Origin: Paragordius varius | Lineage: Eukaryota > Animalia > Nematomorpha | Direction of reading: 5' to 3' | NCBI GenBank assembly: GCA_964247055.1 | Contig: OZ176050.1 | Coordinates: 12,896,001-12,960,000 of the forward strand | Length of the DNA: 64,000 nucleotides | Part shown: positions 1 through 23,000 of the stretch, one piece after another | Layout of the letters: the number at the start of each line of letters is the position of its first letter | How positions within the stretch are numbered: position 1 is the first letter of the stretch | Notes under the pieces: generated by a model | Seen by the model: only the letters and a program-made list of their open reading frames with translations | Told to the model about the DNA's origin: nothing | Database searches by the model: none | Translations under genes and position numbers: made by a program

Positions 1-954
1 TTTCTGTTTCTTTGCTTATAAATAATCTATTGATGGCATTCTCAAATTTAAACAGTCAAATTTGTAGGAATCTTAAAGGAAACATATTGCATTTTTATTC
101 ACACATAAGGCTGATTCCTTAAAAATAAATACATTTTTAACTTTTTATTATCTTTAAAGCGGGAAGCGAGTTTTCATTAGGTGAAATAATCACATCTGTT
201 AAATTTATTAGAGGCATTTATATTGATAAAGACTTGGCGCATTGTTTAGAATTTAAACCACCAATCCAAAGCACCGTATAAACGTAGAATTTTATCGAAT
301 AAAATTATGGATTGCAAATTATTTGCTAATAGTATTAAATAAGACATCCCTTTTTGAACCACCAGTAAAATTATGATAACCGAAAAGCGTGAAAACAATT
401 TTTTTATAAATTGTATACATTTTTGCTAATAAGGGGAGACTTGCAATTATAGGAGGAATTACAAGAGACAATTTATTTTAAACGATTTCATATTACGATA
501 ACTATCTCCAAAATATGACATTTTTAAACTAAGGAATTTTTCGTTTTACCATGGAAGCTATCGAAATTCGCAGGATTAAATTCTCACGGTCGAAACTATA
601 TTAATGCATATTGTATGCACTTTAATTCAAAACTATTGATTTTAAAATTTTACACCAAAATATGGTTATTAAATAACTATATTTTGCCTTTGCTAGACAA
701 CAACTTTTATATCACATAATATTTTTTTATGAAATATATTAATGATTGCATTTATTTAACATTAACTATAATTTATTTATCAAATAATTGCAATTTATGA
801 ACATTTTAGATGCAAATTTATCACCTTTTTAGTTTTTTTTGGTTGTATCTCTTTTAATTGACTCGACTTGGCATGGGTTAATGGGTGTTTCATTTTTATT
901 ATGTGAGCAAAAGAGATCCATTCATTGTATATAAATTAAAACAATTTTCAAACA

Positions 955-1160
955 CAGTATGCACATTAATGCTGACCTATTCACATTATAATTGGTCAAT
1001 TGGCAATACAATATCGTATTAATAATATTTTGTCAATAATTAAATAAACAATAGAGAGAAATAATTAATTAGCATTTTGTTGTTTTTTTCCATACACTAC
1101 TGTGTAAGCCAATCAATTAACTATAATATTATGAATAATCCAGTCTAAATGTGCAGCATA
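955..1160. mobile_element. Degenerate MITE family A copy
   Basis: CAGTATGCACATT left end and shared core TTGTTGTTTTTTTCCATACACTACTGT at ~1076-1103. Confidence 0.5.
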
Positions 1161-1249
1161 CAGTATTTTAACATCAACAGGGGCAAAGATTTGTCATTTG
1201 GATTGATTAGAGATTTTGATTAATTACAGTTAGTTAGTTAGTTGGTTAA

Positions 1250-4200
1250 TTAGGTAGGTGGCGGGTATTTGCAATAGCAATAGGGTTGTACATCATAATT
1301 GGGCATACACCAGCCCTGACTCCCATATATACTAACTCGCGTAACATCTTCGATTTTGTCAAATACGCCATCATTCACAATCATAGTTGCTTCAAACAGG
1401 GAATTGTGTGGATTAAGGGCCACAGTTATTGAATAGGTAATTGAATCCGTCGGTTCATTCATGAGTCGAGTTGAACCCATAACATTGTTACGGTAACCCA
1501 TTTTAGCAATTTGTATCTTTTTATACGTCCATGGCAAGCATAAATCATTATAGCCCTCAATTTTAGCATTGACAAAGGCGACAATATGTTTGGCTAATTT
1601 ACGGACCATAGGATCCTTCTTGGATAAAATTTTGTTCACGTTACAGGCACAAAAATGGATTGGAATGCCGGCATCTTTGCAACTTCGTTCATTGGGAATG
1701 GGGGTAAAGAAACTTGCCCCATAAGGGCTAAGACTAGAAAATGTGGCATAACTACGGACATAATCTTTGGGGTATGCTAAATGCATGAGTGTATGATACG
1801 TATCAAAGTGTGAAGTTAATTTCCGTGTATTGGCATTAAGGATGTTCCACAATCGTTCATACCTGGCAGGGAACCAGGTAGGGAGTAACACTTTTAGTAT
1901 GGGTAATTTCTCCTCAAAAGCTCCATGATAAGTTCGTCTGAAAGAATCTAACCTATTGCCATGATCAGAGAAGAGAAATACTATGGTATTATTTAGTGCG
2001 TTTGCAGCCGTTAAATTTGACAGCAAATGATAGTAGGGTGGATCCAGGAATCCCAAATTCCTTGTTTTCATATGCGTCATTTTATTCGTGAATGTGAATG
2101 CAAAGTATGGTGGTGGTGGTGCGTTACGCAATGCTCTTTGACGTGCATGATGCATTTGTAAGCAAAAAGCTTGAAGATATTGAAGCAAATCGCTGGGTTC
2201 AATCTCCCCCATAGCACAAAATTTATCGTGTGTTCGAACCTGCCAGGTCCGTATGTACATAGACATAGGTCTGTAATAGTAATCGACCGGGACCCGTCGA
2301 AATCCCATCCGTTTATAACGGCGAAATAAGGCTTGTTGGGCCGTATCCTCGGCAAAAAAGGTGTAATACCCTTGTCGTTGAAAGTGTCTCCAAGCAATCT
2401 CTGTCCTGTCATCAAAGTATAGGCGTTGATTTGATGGAACACATGTTGCTACAATAGATTAAATAATGGATAACACACACATTCAAATATATTGTAAAAT
2501 CATTTGATAAACCAATATGTGCATCGTAGCTAACAATTTTAATGGCAATTATATTACCTTAAAGTAGAGATTGTAATGGTTCCGGCACATTTTGTTCTCA
2601 GTTTTGGCTCGTTTTTTGAAAAAAGTATTAAAAGATACAAGTGTAGAATTTTAAAAAAATAACCGTTTCATTTTTCTGTTGTTTGGATGGTTTTCCGATT
2701 TTATTTTTTATTTTTAGATTACTTCATTTTGATACAATGTGAAGAAATATAAATGCACATTATTTTATATTGTATGGTACTTTTATCTGATAAATATGAA
2801 CTTTTAATTATTTTTTAAAACGCTTGTTTAACAATGGTGGCTTTAACCAAAAACGGTTGTGTTAATCTATTTCCTGGAAATATGATTCCATACTCCACAC
2901 TTTAACATCAACATATAAAAAAATTTAATGTTCCGCCTATTTTAGAATGATTAACAAAAACTTATAATGTAAAGTTAGGCCCTATTTATCCAAAAATTAT
3001 ATGATGCTAATACGGTACCGCCATCAAAAGTTATGGTGCCGTATAAAATATGCAATGTTTTGTATAATATCTCAATATCTATAAATTAAAACTGATTACT
3101 TTTTCCAATCTTTTAAAAATTGGTCATAATAAAAAAATCTTTATGTTTCAAAAATTATTTTTAATTTATGCTGTAATTTTATTTTTACGTTTGACAAAGA
3201 TTACTTGTAGTAATCGAAAATTCATTATTTTAATAAATTCATTCAATTATAGCTAAATTATAATCCCATTATTAAAATATATACTATATAGTTAATAAAA
3301 TAACCTATATCTTTTCCTTGGCAAGCAATACTTTCAAAATATTTGCCCATGAGTACGACAATCAAGTTAGGTAAAGTGTTTTCACCCACTTTATGGTGTG
3401 CACCAAACTCTACGCTTGCAAAATTATCTTTGATAAACTCTTCCGTTTCCAGCATTTGTCGATGGTAATTAATTTTTGAGACTGAATCTATCCCTAGCAT
3501 AAGGACATTCATACGAGGTAATTCCTCAAACTCTCCATTATTTTTTTCAGAATACCGGTCATTTTTATCAAATTTCAAGGTTGATTGAATAGATTTTTCC
3601 AGGGTCCGCGTTAATTTCATTGGACGGCGTTTTGGAATGAAGCGAGAAACAACACTCTCATGTATAGTTTGACCATTTTTGCTATTCCCATCTCTGCAAT
3701 ACACGTAAATGAATTCATGTGAATCCTGAGGTAAGGGCGTGATTGCTTCAGTTATAGCGGTAGCTTTTCCCAACATTATACTATTATCGGGTTCTTGACT
3801 TCGATTAACACCCCCTCGTAAAATGGGTCTGTAAAAGCATTTTGACTTTGCCTCCTCAGCATCGATTCCATTGGAAATTAGCGCATCGAAATCTAACTAT
3901 ATATAAATTTTGATTGAAATTGTGCAATTCGCTTAATTTCGTTTTAATTCATAAAAAAAATGAATAAAGTTGATTGTCTTTTAAAAAATATTCGTATTTT
4001 TGGTGGTATATAAAATTAATTTTCGAATCTCGTTAATTTAAACGCCCTAAAAACTAATAGTGGTTTCATTTATATTTATTTATATGATTATACTTTGAAA
4101 AATAGATTAATTGATTAAATAATTGAAAATGATTCATAATTTACTTTTAGATATTTCCCATCAAACTTAACTATGTGCGTTTTCTCAATCTTACAGGGAT

Positions 4201-4789
4201 ATTCATATTGTCCTTGATATTCTCGAACCTTATATTTAATACTGGGATGAAATGGTTCAAGCACCGGTAATGTACATTGCGTTCCCCATTGTTTATACTT
4301 TAGGGTGGACATGAGTTGGTCTTCATTGAATGTTTTCTCATACTTACGAAACAGTTCAAGTTGATTCTCTCTATACTCAAATTCATCAAAGGGAATGTAC
4401 AAGGCTGGATCTCTCAAATTCTGTCCTTTGAATTTGGCCAACGTTACATTATAACGCATCCAAGATGGTGTAGTCTGAGAGTAGGAATGTACATTTAAGT
4501 TTGAATTTTTCGGCGATTTTTTATGTTGTTTTGAAAAATGTTTTTCAGGAGCGTCTTTATAAAAATTTTCTTCTTCGTCTGTGGCGGCAAGTTTCGTTTG
4601 AATGGATGAAAGGAGGGTGGAATCACTTTGATCAAATGCCGCGGCTATATCAATCAATCTACCATCCGTTGTGTAATATAACCAAATCTCTTTAACTATT
4701 ACGCTTGCCACTACGCATGCAATAATGAGTGGGACAATTTGACGATTCGTTAGTCCTGAGGTGGTTGATGACAACCGTTTTTTTAACAT
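1250..4789 (-). CDS. DUF229-family (alkaline phosphatase/sulfatase-like) type II membrane protein, 3 exons, ~811 aa
   Basis: Exons 4145-4789, 3305-3896 and 1250-2448 join in frame via GT-AG sites. N-terminal hydrophobic anchor. Family motifs LGIDSVSKINYHRQM, KVGENTLPNL, FFAED, FLFSDHG, EEKLP, TSHFDTYHTL, CKDAGIPIHFCAC and a C-terminal YCYC. Confidence 0.85.
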
Positions 4790-5765
4790 TATTAAATAAA
4801 AGCTTTGAAGAACGTTTAAAGTAGAGAATTTATAGAAAAAAAAGTTTTTTAATAAAATATATATATGCTCGGAATAATCAAATAATTCATAACTTTTATG
4901 AGTAATTTATGATAAGTAAAGGTAGAGGGTGGAAAAAGGAGAGAATAGAATCAATGATAAAAGTAAAGTTGGTTGAAATCAAAGGAGGTATGCGGAAGAC
5001 TTGTGAAATTATAATAGTAATTTTAGTATATATCACATAATTATTTTCTTTTATCAATTAAATTAATTTCCAATAAATAAGAATATTTTTAATTGATACG
5101 TTTATAAGTTATAAAATTGATTTTTTTTTGTTCCAAAGTTTTTTCAAATTTAATAAAAAATATTTTCGTCATAAAACTTACTGATATTATAAACCAATAA
5201 AATTAATAATAATGATAATAATAATAAAACCAAATAAAGGTAAAAATAAATTATAATGATTTAACCTCATTTAGAAATAAAATATAAAAGAAAAAAAAAT
5301 AAATCTCATTTTTTATATGCGTTTTATAGTGGATTTTTCTTGTAGCATCTAGTTGAGATGACCTATTTGATTTGATTGTATTCTTGTGAATTATTATTTA
5401 TTATAATACCTGTTTATACGGATAAATGAAAATATATTTTATTAATCCTAAGTAATACTAACTATATCAATTTTATAAAAAAAACTATTTTTTTTGGTCA
5501 GTAAATATAACACTAAATAAAATAAAAGGTCTTGTTAAATACCGACTTTCAAATCAAAACAATAAAACGATATAATAAAATTATCAGTTGATTTGTATGA
5601 AAGTGAAAAAGTAATACAAAGTATATAAAATAAAATGCTATTTATTTCTTCCTAATGCTAAAAATTGTAATTAGGTTAATTAGTTATTTGTAGATATATA
5701 ATAGATATATAAATAAATATGAATATAATAAAATTTATTGATTCACAACTATAAATAAATATAAT

Positions 5766-15644
<9,879 letters not shown>

Positions 15645-15708
15645 ATTTTCGACCGAATCAAAAATGGTAAAGTCAATCGATTAATTTTTTGGATTATAAA
15701 ATTTCAAA
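15645..15708. promoter_or_regulatory. Putative bidirectional promoter/5' UTR region shared by XPB and CAML
   Basis: Only 64 nt separate the divergent ATGs at 15644 (-) and 15709 (+). Confidence 0.6.
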
Positions 15709-16988
15709 ATGACTCTGGAAGATTTTGAAACTCGACGGCAAAAAATATTGGCGAATGCCGAAAACCGTTTGCGTAAAATACAAGGCATACCTCTAGTAAA
15801 AGGTTAAAATTGAATATTTAATTTTGTAGAGGATATAAATATACTGGACAAAGCTACTTTAGCGAATCTTATATCCCCAAATGAGGAATACAAACAAGAT
15901 GAAATCGACAATAAAGATTTTGGGAATCTTCAACCAACTGAAGAACTTGCTTCAGATATTCGACTAAGGCGAGCTTTACCATTAAGAACCGATGAAACAA
16001 GCGACTCTGAAATTGAAAATGAGCCAACAAATGTGGCAGTTTCTCCGCATACACTGGAGGAAGCCTCTAAATATTTTGCTCTAAATTCGGCCTATGTCAA
16101 AACAATTACATGGTGTTTAAAACATAAAATTTTATTTTACCTTTGCCTTGCTATCATTGTCAGATTCATTTTATCAACACCTTTTGCATTCTTGGTCCGA
16201 GAAGTATGAATTAATTATCTATATATATATAGTCTGCCCTTTTACCGTTTCTTATAGCTTATTCCATACTGTTTTTCTCACCCAGTATATCAATGGTATG
16301 ATGTTATTAGCTTCTTTTATTATCAAACTCTATTTTTTATTTTAAAAAATGACAACATTTACCTTTGGTAAACTAAATTTTACATTTAAATAATCGGTAA
16401 TTTCCGAATTTAATGTCCAAATTAACGTTTTTTTTAAATGAATTAAATAATGATTCTATAATGTTAGAGTGAGCTTAAATGCTTATTTGGCTACTAGTAT
16501 TTGGGTATATTAAGTTAATGTGGCATAAATTAAATATTTACCATATGTTTTTAATTAAATTATATATATTCCTGTAAAATTTATTAATTGACAACTAATC
16601 ATCATTGATATTTTTTAGATACGTTGCTTCAACGCTAACTTTATTTTTTATTGGCCTTTTGATACCATTTTATTATGAGTTTATTCCATATGGGATTGCT
16701 CTTTGTTTTTAATAATCTTTTTTTTAATATAAAATTAATTTCATATATTGTTCACAATAATTTTTAATTTTGCAGACGGTCAAAACATCCAAAACTGCTA
16801 TTAAATTGGAAAATAAAACATCGTCTAGCACTCCGAATCAAATACTCAAAATGTTGCTTATTTTGTTCAAATTTGATCCACAAACCATTGAAACAATCAC
16901 GCTTGCTCTTAATTTTGCCCAATTTATTACGAAAGATTTTAGTGTTTATTTCGTCTTTTTTGTTTTATGTGATAAACTTATATTTTAG
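15709..16988 (+). CDS. CAMLG: CAML/GET2 tail-anchored-protein insertase subunit
   Basis: Exons 15709-15802, 15830-16203, 16233-16295 and 16776-16988 are in frame. N-terminal basic motif RRQKILANAENRLRKIQG (GET3/TRC40-binding type). Three C-terminal hydrophobic segments end in KDFSVYFVFFVLCDKLIF*. Confidence 0.85.
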
Positions 16989-18179
16989 CATCATATGTAA
17001 TATTAATAACATACCATATTTATGGATTACATATTTAATCTTATTTACGTGAGTAAAGATATCATAATTGTGTAATAAATGTATAAAACATGGTTTAGTC
17101 AATTTTAACGGTTAATAACTTTTTTTTATAATAATTTAGCAGTTGCAATTTTATTAAGCGAATTTATTAATGTTTTAGGAAAAAACTTTTATATTTGTTG
17201 TCTTATAATTAAAGAAGAGCTGTCCTACAATATATTCCATAATATTTAAGCAAAAGAATTTTGTAAAAAAGTCGTTTTCATACATTTCTCCGTTGTGTAT
17301 TATTTAGATTTTCCCAAAATCGTTCAGATGTTTTTAAATTATATAAAAAAGAGAAAATTTGAGGAGAAGTCCTAAATATTAAGGCCAAATAATTTAATTC
17401 GAAATCTCAGGTAACAGAAATAGGCGTGTCTGAATCAACACTTTAATTCAAATCGGGGTATCTAAATACCTCAGACAATATTTAAATTGATATTTTTAAA
17501 AAACTACCAAAAGAAACGGTTCCAATTTAAATGTATGCTTCTATCCTAATATAAATTAAATAAATTAACTTTATCTAAATAAAATTTAGTAATGGAGAAA
17601 AAGTTCCGTTTCAAACTATTTGGACGCCACTAATGTGACCAGATAGGCTGATTTTCGCAGTACAGCACTGTGTTTTCAGAAAAACAATCCGCTTGAACTG
17701 CATCCACTTTTATACTGCTTTTTGAAATTAAAAATTTTTTAATAAATTTATATTACCTTTTATCTAATTAAAAAAATTATTTTAGAATTTAATATTGTAC
17801 TCTCTGTACAAATAACCACATTTGTAAAGAAATGGTTCATTTTGCGAAAAACTAAGATTGGCCTATTTTTAATTGGTTAATATTTTACTTTCTGCTCGAA
17901 TTATACATAAAATTGGATATTGGATCGGTCAAACCGCTTATGATTGCATCCTTTCGCGCAGTGGCGAAACTATAAATCTACTTCCACCATAAGATTCAGG
18001 CTAATGGTACTTTCACACAGGGCTTCCGCAAAAAGAGGAGCCTCAAAATTTAAAATTAACAAAATTATTTTATGATATTTTAATAAATGTTTAATCAGGT
18101 TTACAAAGTTCAATTTTTGTTAATTATCAAACGGAAAACATAAAAATGTTTTTCCCGTAACATATATAAAATTTATTAT

Positions 18180-18690
18180 ATATGGCATATAGCTTCGAAA
18201 TAACCGTTTTTTGTATAAATTTTTTTTCCTAAACTTTAATTTTTATTAGTTTCTTATATTTTGCATTGGCAAATTCGAGATATTTTGTTGAAGCGTCCTT
18301 TAAACTATTTTCAAGCAGGATGGAAACGGTATAACGCTTTAAGATATAACAAAACCCGTTTTCTGAATAATTCGATGATGTTGAACATTACTATAGGTTG
18401 AGATTTTTAATTTAAAAATTTGTTTTCTTACAAATTTTGGTAAATTTTTGGAAAAAAACACAAATTAAACTCAAATTTTGAAAACGAGCTAATATTTTAA
18501 TCAAAATTCTGAGTGAGAAAAATGTTTAGCATTTTCCAATTATATATTTAAATGGTATAACATCTCAACCGTTTATATCGTTTTTATCATGCTCATAGTA
18601 TAAAGTACGCTTCAACAAAATTTTGCTAAAAATTAAATTTTTGAAAATAAGCATTTTTTAAAAAATATATTTAGTTGATATTAAAATTTA

Positions 18691-18752
<62 letters not shown>

Positions 18753-19110
18753 ATTGCATAATGTCGGATTTGCGTTTATTTTAGGAGAACAGTTCATTTT
18801 AAAAGAGCCAAAAAATTTGGGACTTTTAGAGCCCACATCTAAAAATTAAAATTTTTAAAAATAATGATTTGCTTTTTATATGTAGTTTATGTTATATTTT
18901 AGTAATATTTTTTGAAATACATTTAACTTTCACCTAATAATATAGGAAAAATTGCGGACCTTTTGCGATTCTATACGGTGCACCTACCATAAAAGTGTAA
19001 ATAACTTTCTTTAACTCGTAAAGTTGAAAACCAAAAGCACCATGATAATCTTGTTTCTACCAGAATATATATATTTCATTAGGATATTTTTTTGTAGGCA
19101 CTGTGTAAAA
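18180..19110. mobile_element. Family E foldback copy
   Basis: 18270-18345 and 18545-18625 are inverted. 18570-19060 is the reverse complement of the ~49220-49640 module. A further partial arm lies at ~19570-19800. Confidence 0.65.
18694..18749. repeat. (TA)n microsatellite
   Basis: Long TA run with one interruption. Shorter runs occur near 26376, 29935, 37221, 39560 and 57908. Confidence 0.9.
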
Positions 19111-20090
19111 TACCACACCGATGGTGTAAAAACAGGCAAAATATGTTTTAATTTTGTACTGCGTCAATCAAAATATATGGCCACATTATTGTAAGTTAAA
19201 AATTAAGTTTACTTTTTTATTATAATCACATTTATCATTGATATTAGCTGAAAAAGTGGTAAATTTGCATTATTTTTACATTTATCTTGTGCACACTTTT
19301 CATGTTGGCTAAATCTTTTTTGGTTTGCCATAAGTAATATGGAGTATTTTTGAATAAATATTTTATTATATTTCGGTGCGGTAATCTTATATAACAAACT
19401 TTTGCAATAGTTTCAATTTATTCCATATATATTAAAATATTCAATTTTAAACAAGCTTAGGGTATCTAACTTTTGAATCGAAGGACTAAAATGAATGCCT
19501 TGTATCGTAGTGTTAAGCAGTACCGTTAAAAGTCGAGGGATAAAAGTTTTCTGATAGTAAGATTATAAAGATGATATGGTGCTTTTGTTTATGGGTCTTA
19601 CGAATAATCTAAGAAAGATGTTACCACTTTTAATCAAAAAATGCCAATATTTGCTTACATTATAAATAAAATTTTACATGCTTTTTTTAATATTTATCAC
19701 TATATTATCCAAAACTATATATAAAAACAAAATTTATACAAAATTTAAAATTTTAGATGTAGTTTTCGAAGTTACAAATTTTCAGACATCTAAAACGGTC
19801 AAGATTTCTTTATTAACGTTCAGATGTCGATAATGCGCGAATTTTTTTTTAATTTATGTTAATTTTGACATCAAAAAAAAGTTTCAGAAAATTTATATTT
19901 TGCTTAAAAATATAATTTATAGTTAATAAGCAAATTAATATTCCGAATATATATACAGGAAATACTTTTAATATGCACATAAACTATTAGTTAACAATTC
20001 AAAAGGAATTTATAAATGTTATCAGTATATTTATTTTTATACCCTGCGAAGGATAATTACAGATATTTACGAGGCAGAGTGCGGCTCTTT

Positions 20091-23000
20091 ATGTCACGGA
20101 CTGATTGCATTGAAAATGTTGTTCTTGAAGGGAAAGCGTTTAAATATTTTAATGTACGGGAAAAATTAAAGGATATTAAAAATTTTGGTAAAAAATTTTT
20201 TTACTTATTATAGATACTTTGCCGTTTTCTCTCAAAATACTTCTTGAATCGTACGTTGTAAATCAAGAACACCAAAAAATTAATAGCGTCATTCATAATA
20301 ACAATAATTATTTTGGTTGGAAACCATCAAGAGTTTTATTTCAAGATTACATGTAAACAATTATGTATTAATATATAGGGGTCTACCAACTTTGATCAAT
20401 ATATTATCTCTTTTTGATGTCGACAATAAATTTTTATTGTGCTCTGAATTGGATTTTACCCTGGATTCTTTTTTGCAAATTGATTCGATTCAAAAGTTAC
20501 ATTTTTATTAATATTTATTTAGTTTGGAAAATCAGCTTAAGCTTGATATGATTGGGTTAAAAAATGGGTTACGTTCAGGAACCAATTCTACTTTAACAGT
20601 TAATTCATCATCACGTCGTTCCTCTCATTCTTCTGCGCATTCTTTTAGCAGCAAAAAATTTGGATATTATTCTAATCCAAATTATATGGCAGTACAACCT
20701 ACATTTGCAGCAATCGACAGTCAGGGGTGGCCTATGGTTTACCCTCCTGCATTTTATCAACCTTATAATAATAGTTATAATCCAAATAGTCCTTTAATGT
20801 TTCACCCCCCTTGTGGTTACCATGGATACGGAGGGGAAACCTATTTACCGGCAGTTATAGCGGTTGTACCACCACCCCTTGCGTTTCCTACCCAACCGCC
20901 CTACTCAATTAACCCTTTAAAATTAGCTGATGAATCATTTACCACAGATGATTATATTAAACAAGAGTTTCCTACCATCTCAGAAAAAAACGGTCCCCCA
21001 CATCGAATTGTAAAAAGTAGTTTTACACCCACACCTAGTCAAAAGCGAATTGGAAATGGTTCTAATGTTTCTGAAAAGCCGAATGATTGTAAGTCATGTA
21101 TATTATATCAAACTTTTTTTAAAACAAAATTAACTTTTTTTGTATCTTAATATTTCTTTATCAATAAATAGGTGATACTAATCTAAAACGCTTTGTCGAA
21201 ACTTGCTATTGTTTGGGCAAGAAATACGATGCAAACATATTGAATAACCGTTTTGGCAAAAATAAAATGTCTGTCGTGGCGGAAAAAGTCCACGAAAATA
21301 ATGGAGTTGATGAAATTATCGATGATTTGACAATTGTAGAGTCTTCACATCAAACCAATAATTTGACAAAAATGATAAATAATGATAATGATGATGGTAA
21401 CTCTTGTTGTATAATATGTGATGCCCCACCAGCTTCAACTCATTCAAAGCGGCATATAGTCATGTGTCCAGCTCATAATTTACCCACTGAAAAGTATTTT
21501 TTTCGTTCTTTTTACTAAATATTTAGGCATATTTTATCAAAATTGTTATTTTACTACAGGGAATGACAATATTTTGTTAGCGTTTGAAACAAAAGCTTGC
21601 CATTATTTCTATTTTATACGTGGGCTTTGAGAATGTTTTTGTTAAAATATTATTGGTATGATTTTTATTTCAGATTAATATTTTATAATAATCAATATCC
21701 AAACTTTCATATTTTTTGGACTGCCATATTTTAACGTTAACTCTCGAGACTGTGTTAAATGCAGGGTTGTTCTTGAAAACTAGAAATATTATAAATATTA
21801 ATCTATCCATACGAACATATGTGGAAAATATTAACTAAAATTGCGTTATTATATATTTAAAAGATTTTTAGCATATATTTTGCGATAAGTCATTAACATA
21901 TTTTATATTTTATTGCCAAAAACCCGTTTAATAATCATATTTTACTCTTTTTAAATTATTTTTTGCTATTCACAATTTATTTTACTTAAGTTCAAGTTAA
22001 TTATGAACCTTTACAGTAAAATATGTGCATATAACTCTAAATCTATATATAAACGCGCACAAGATAAGAATTATTGAAACTTAGGCCTTTATTTGCAAAA
22101 ATTTTGTCATAATATTATAAAAAAGCCAAAAGAACAAGAAATTAATTTATGTATTTATCAAATACCTTCATTTGTATAAAAATGCAGTATACGGCTTTTT
22201 GCATATTTTACCTGTTAGCATTCTATTTATATATAACATATTTATATTTATTTCAAGACATCTAAAAATAGTTTTTATTTATAAATTATCTATTTATATA
22301 TCTATCTTGTAACTCTCTTACATAAGAACATACATTTTAACATATGCATATGAAAAGGCGAACAAATATACATTAGCAATTTGGATTAAAATTTTTAGAT
22401 GAAATAAACTTATAATACCAATGATGTTTGATTAATGATGATAACTTATGAACATTTTAGTGTTTTATAACTTTGACCTAAATGTATATATGCTTAATTC
22501 AAATTTTGTTACACAATAAACAAATTTATCATAAATTCCTTTTAAAATGTTTGAATTAGATTTCTGATTTAACAATTTATATTTTTGTAATTTCGATATA
22601 AATGATTAATTTTGGATTTTGTCCGTTGACTTTGTTTTATAATTAAACGTTTCTGTCAATGACATCATTAGAGTTTTGTCTAATTGAAACAACTGCTTAC
22701 TTTCTACAGTAAAAACTGAAATTATACGGACAAAACGGAAAAATGTAAAGACAAATATTTTTTTCTAAGATACAATTATACTTTTTAAATCTGATTTATT
22801 TCAATATAACTCATTGTTAAAAATGGCAAAGTGTGAAATAGGGATATAAATTACTAACACAATCAATTCCATATTTTATTGTAACTAAATAGCTTATATA
22901 AGAAAAATTAAGGTTTATCAAAGCATGGTTGTCTTTTAGATAAATATTTGTCTTTATATTTTTACGTTTTGTCCGTATAATTCCAAATGCTGCATTTATA

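Noticed and set aside
2077-2442. 121-aa ORF ending in a poly-His stretch
   Set aside because: It is an alternative frame overlapping the last DUF229 exon.
16620-16678. Possible extra CAML exon (ttttttag..tatga|gt)
   Set aside because: It is not needed, because exon 16233-16295 joins 16776 in phase 0 and matches the CAML C-terminal pattern, and its donor is weak.
17952-17969. Hairpin TTTCGC-GCAGTG-GCGAAA resembling an iron-responsive element, ~2.1 kb upstream of the IRP gene
   Set aside because: The loop is one base out of register with the CAGUGN consensus, there is no lower stem with a bulged C, and it is probably outside any mRNA.
20524-21518. ORFs 20524-21150 and 21213-21518 as a stand-alone Pro/Tyr-rich gene
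   Set aside because: They splice in frame between conserved aconitase exons, so they are exons 4-5 of the IRP gene.
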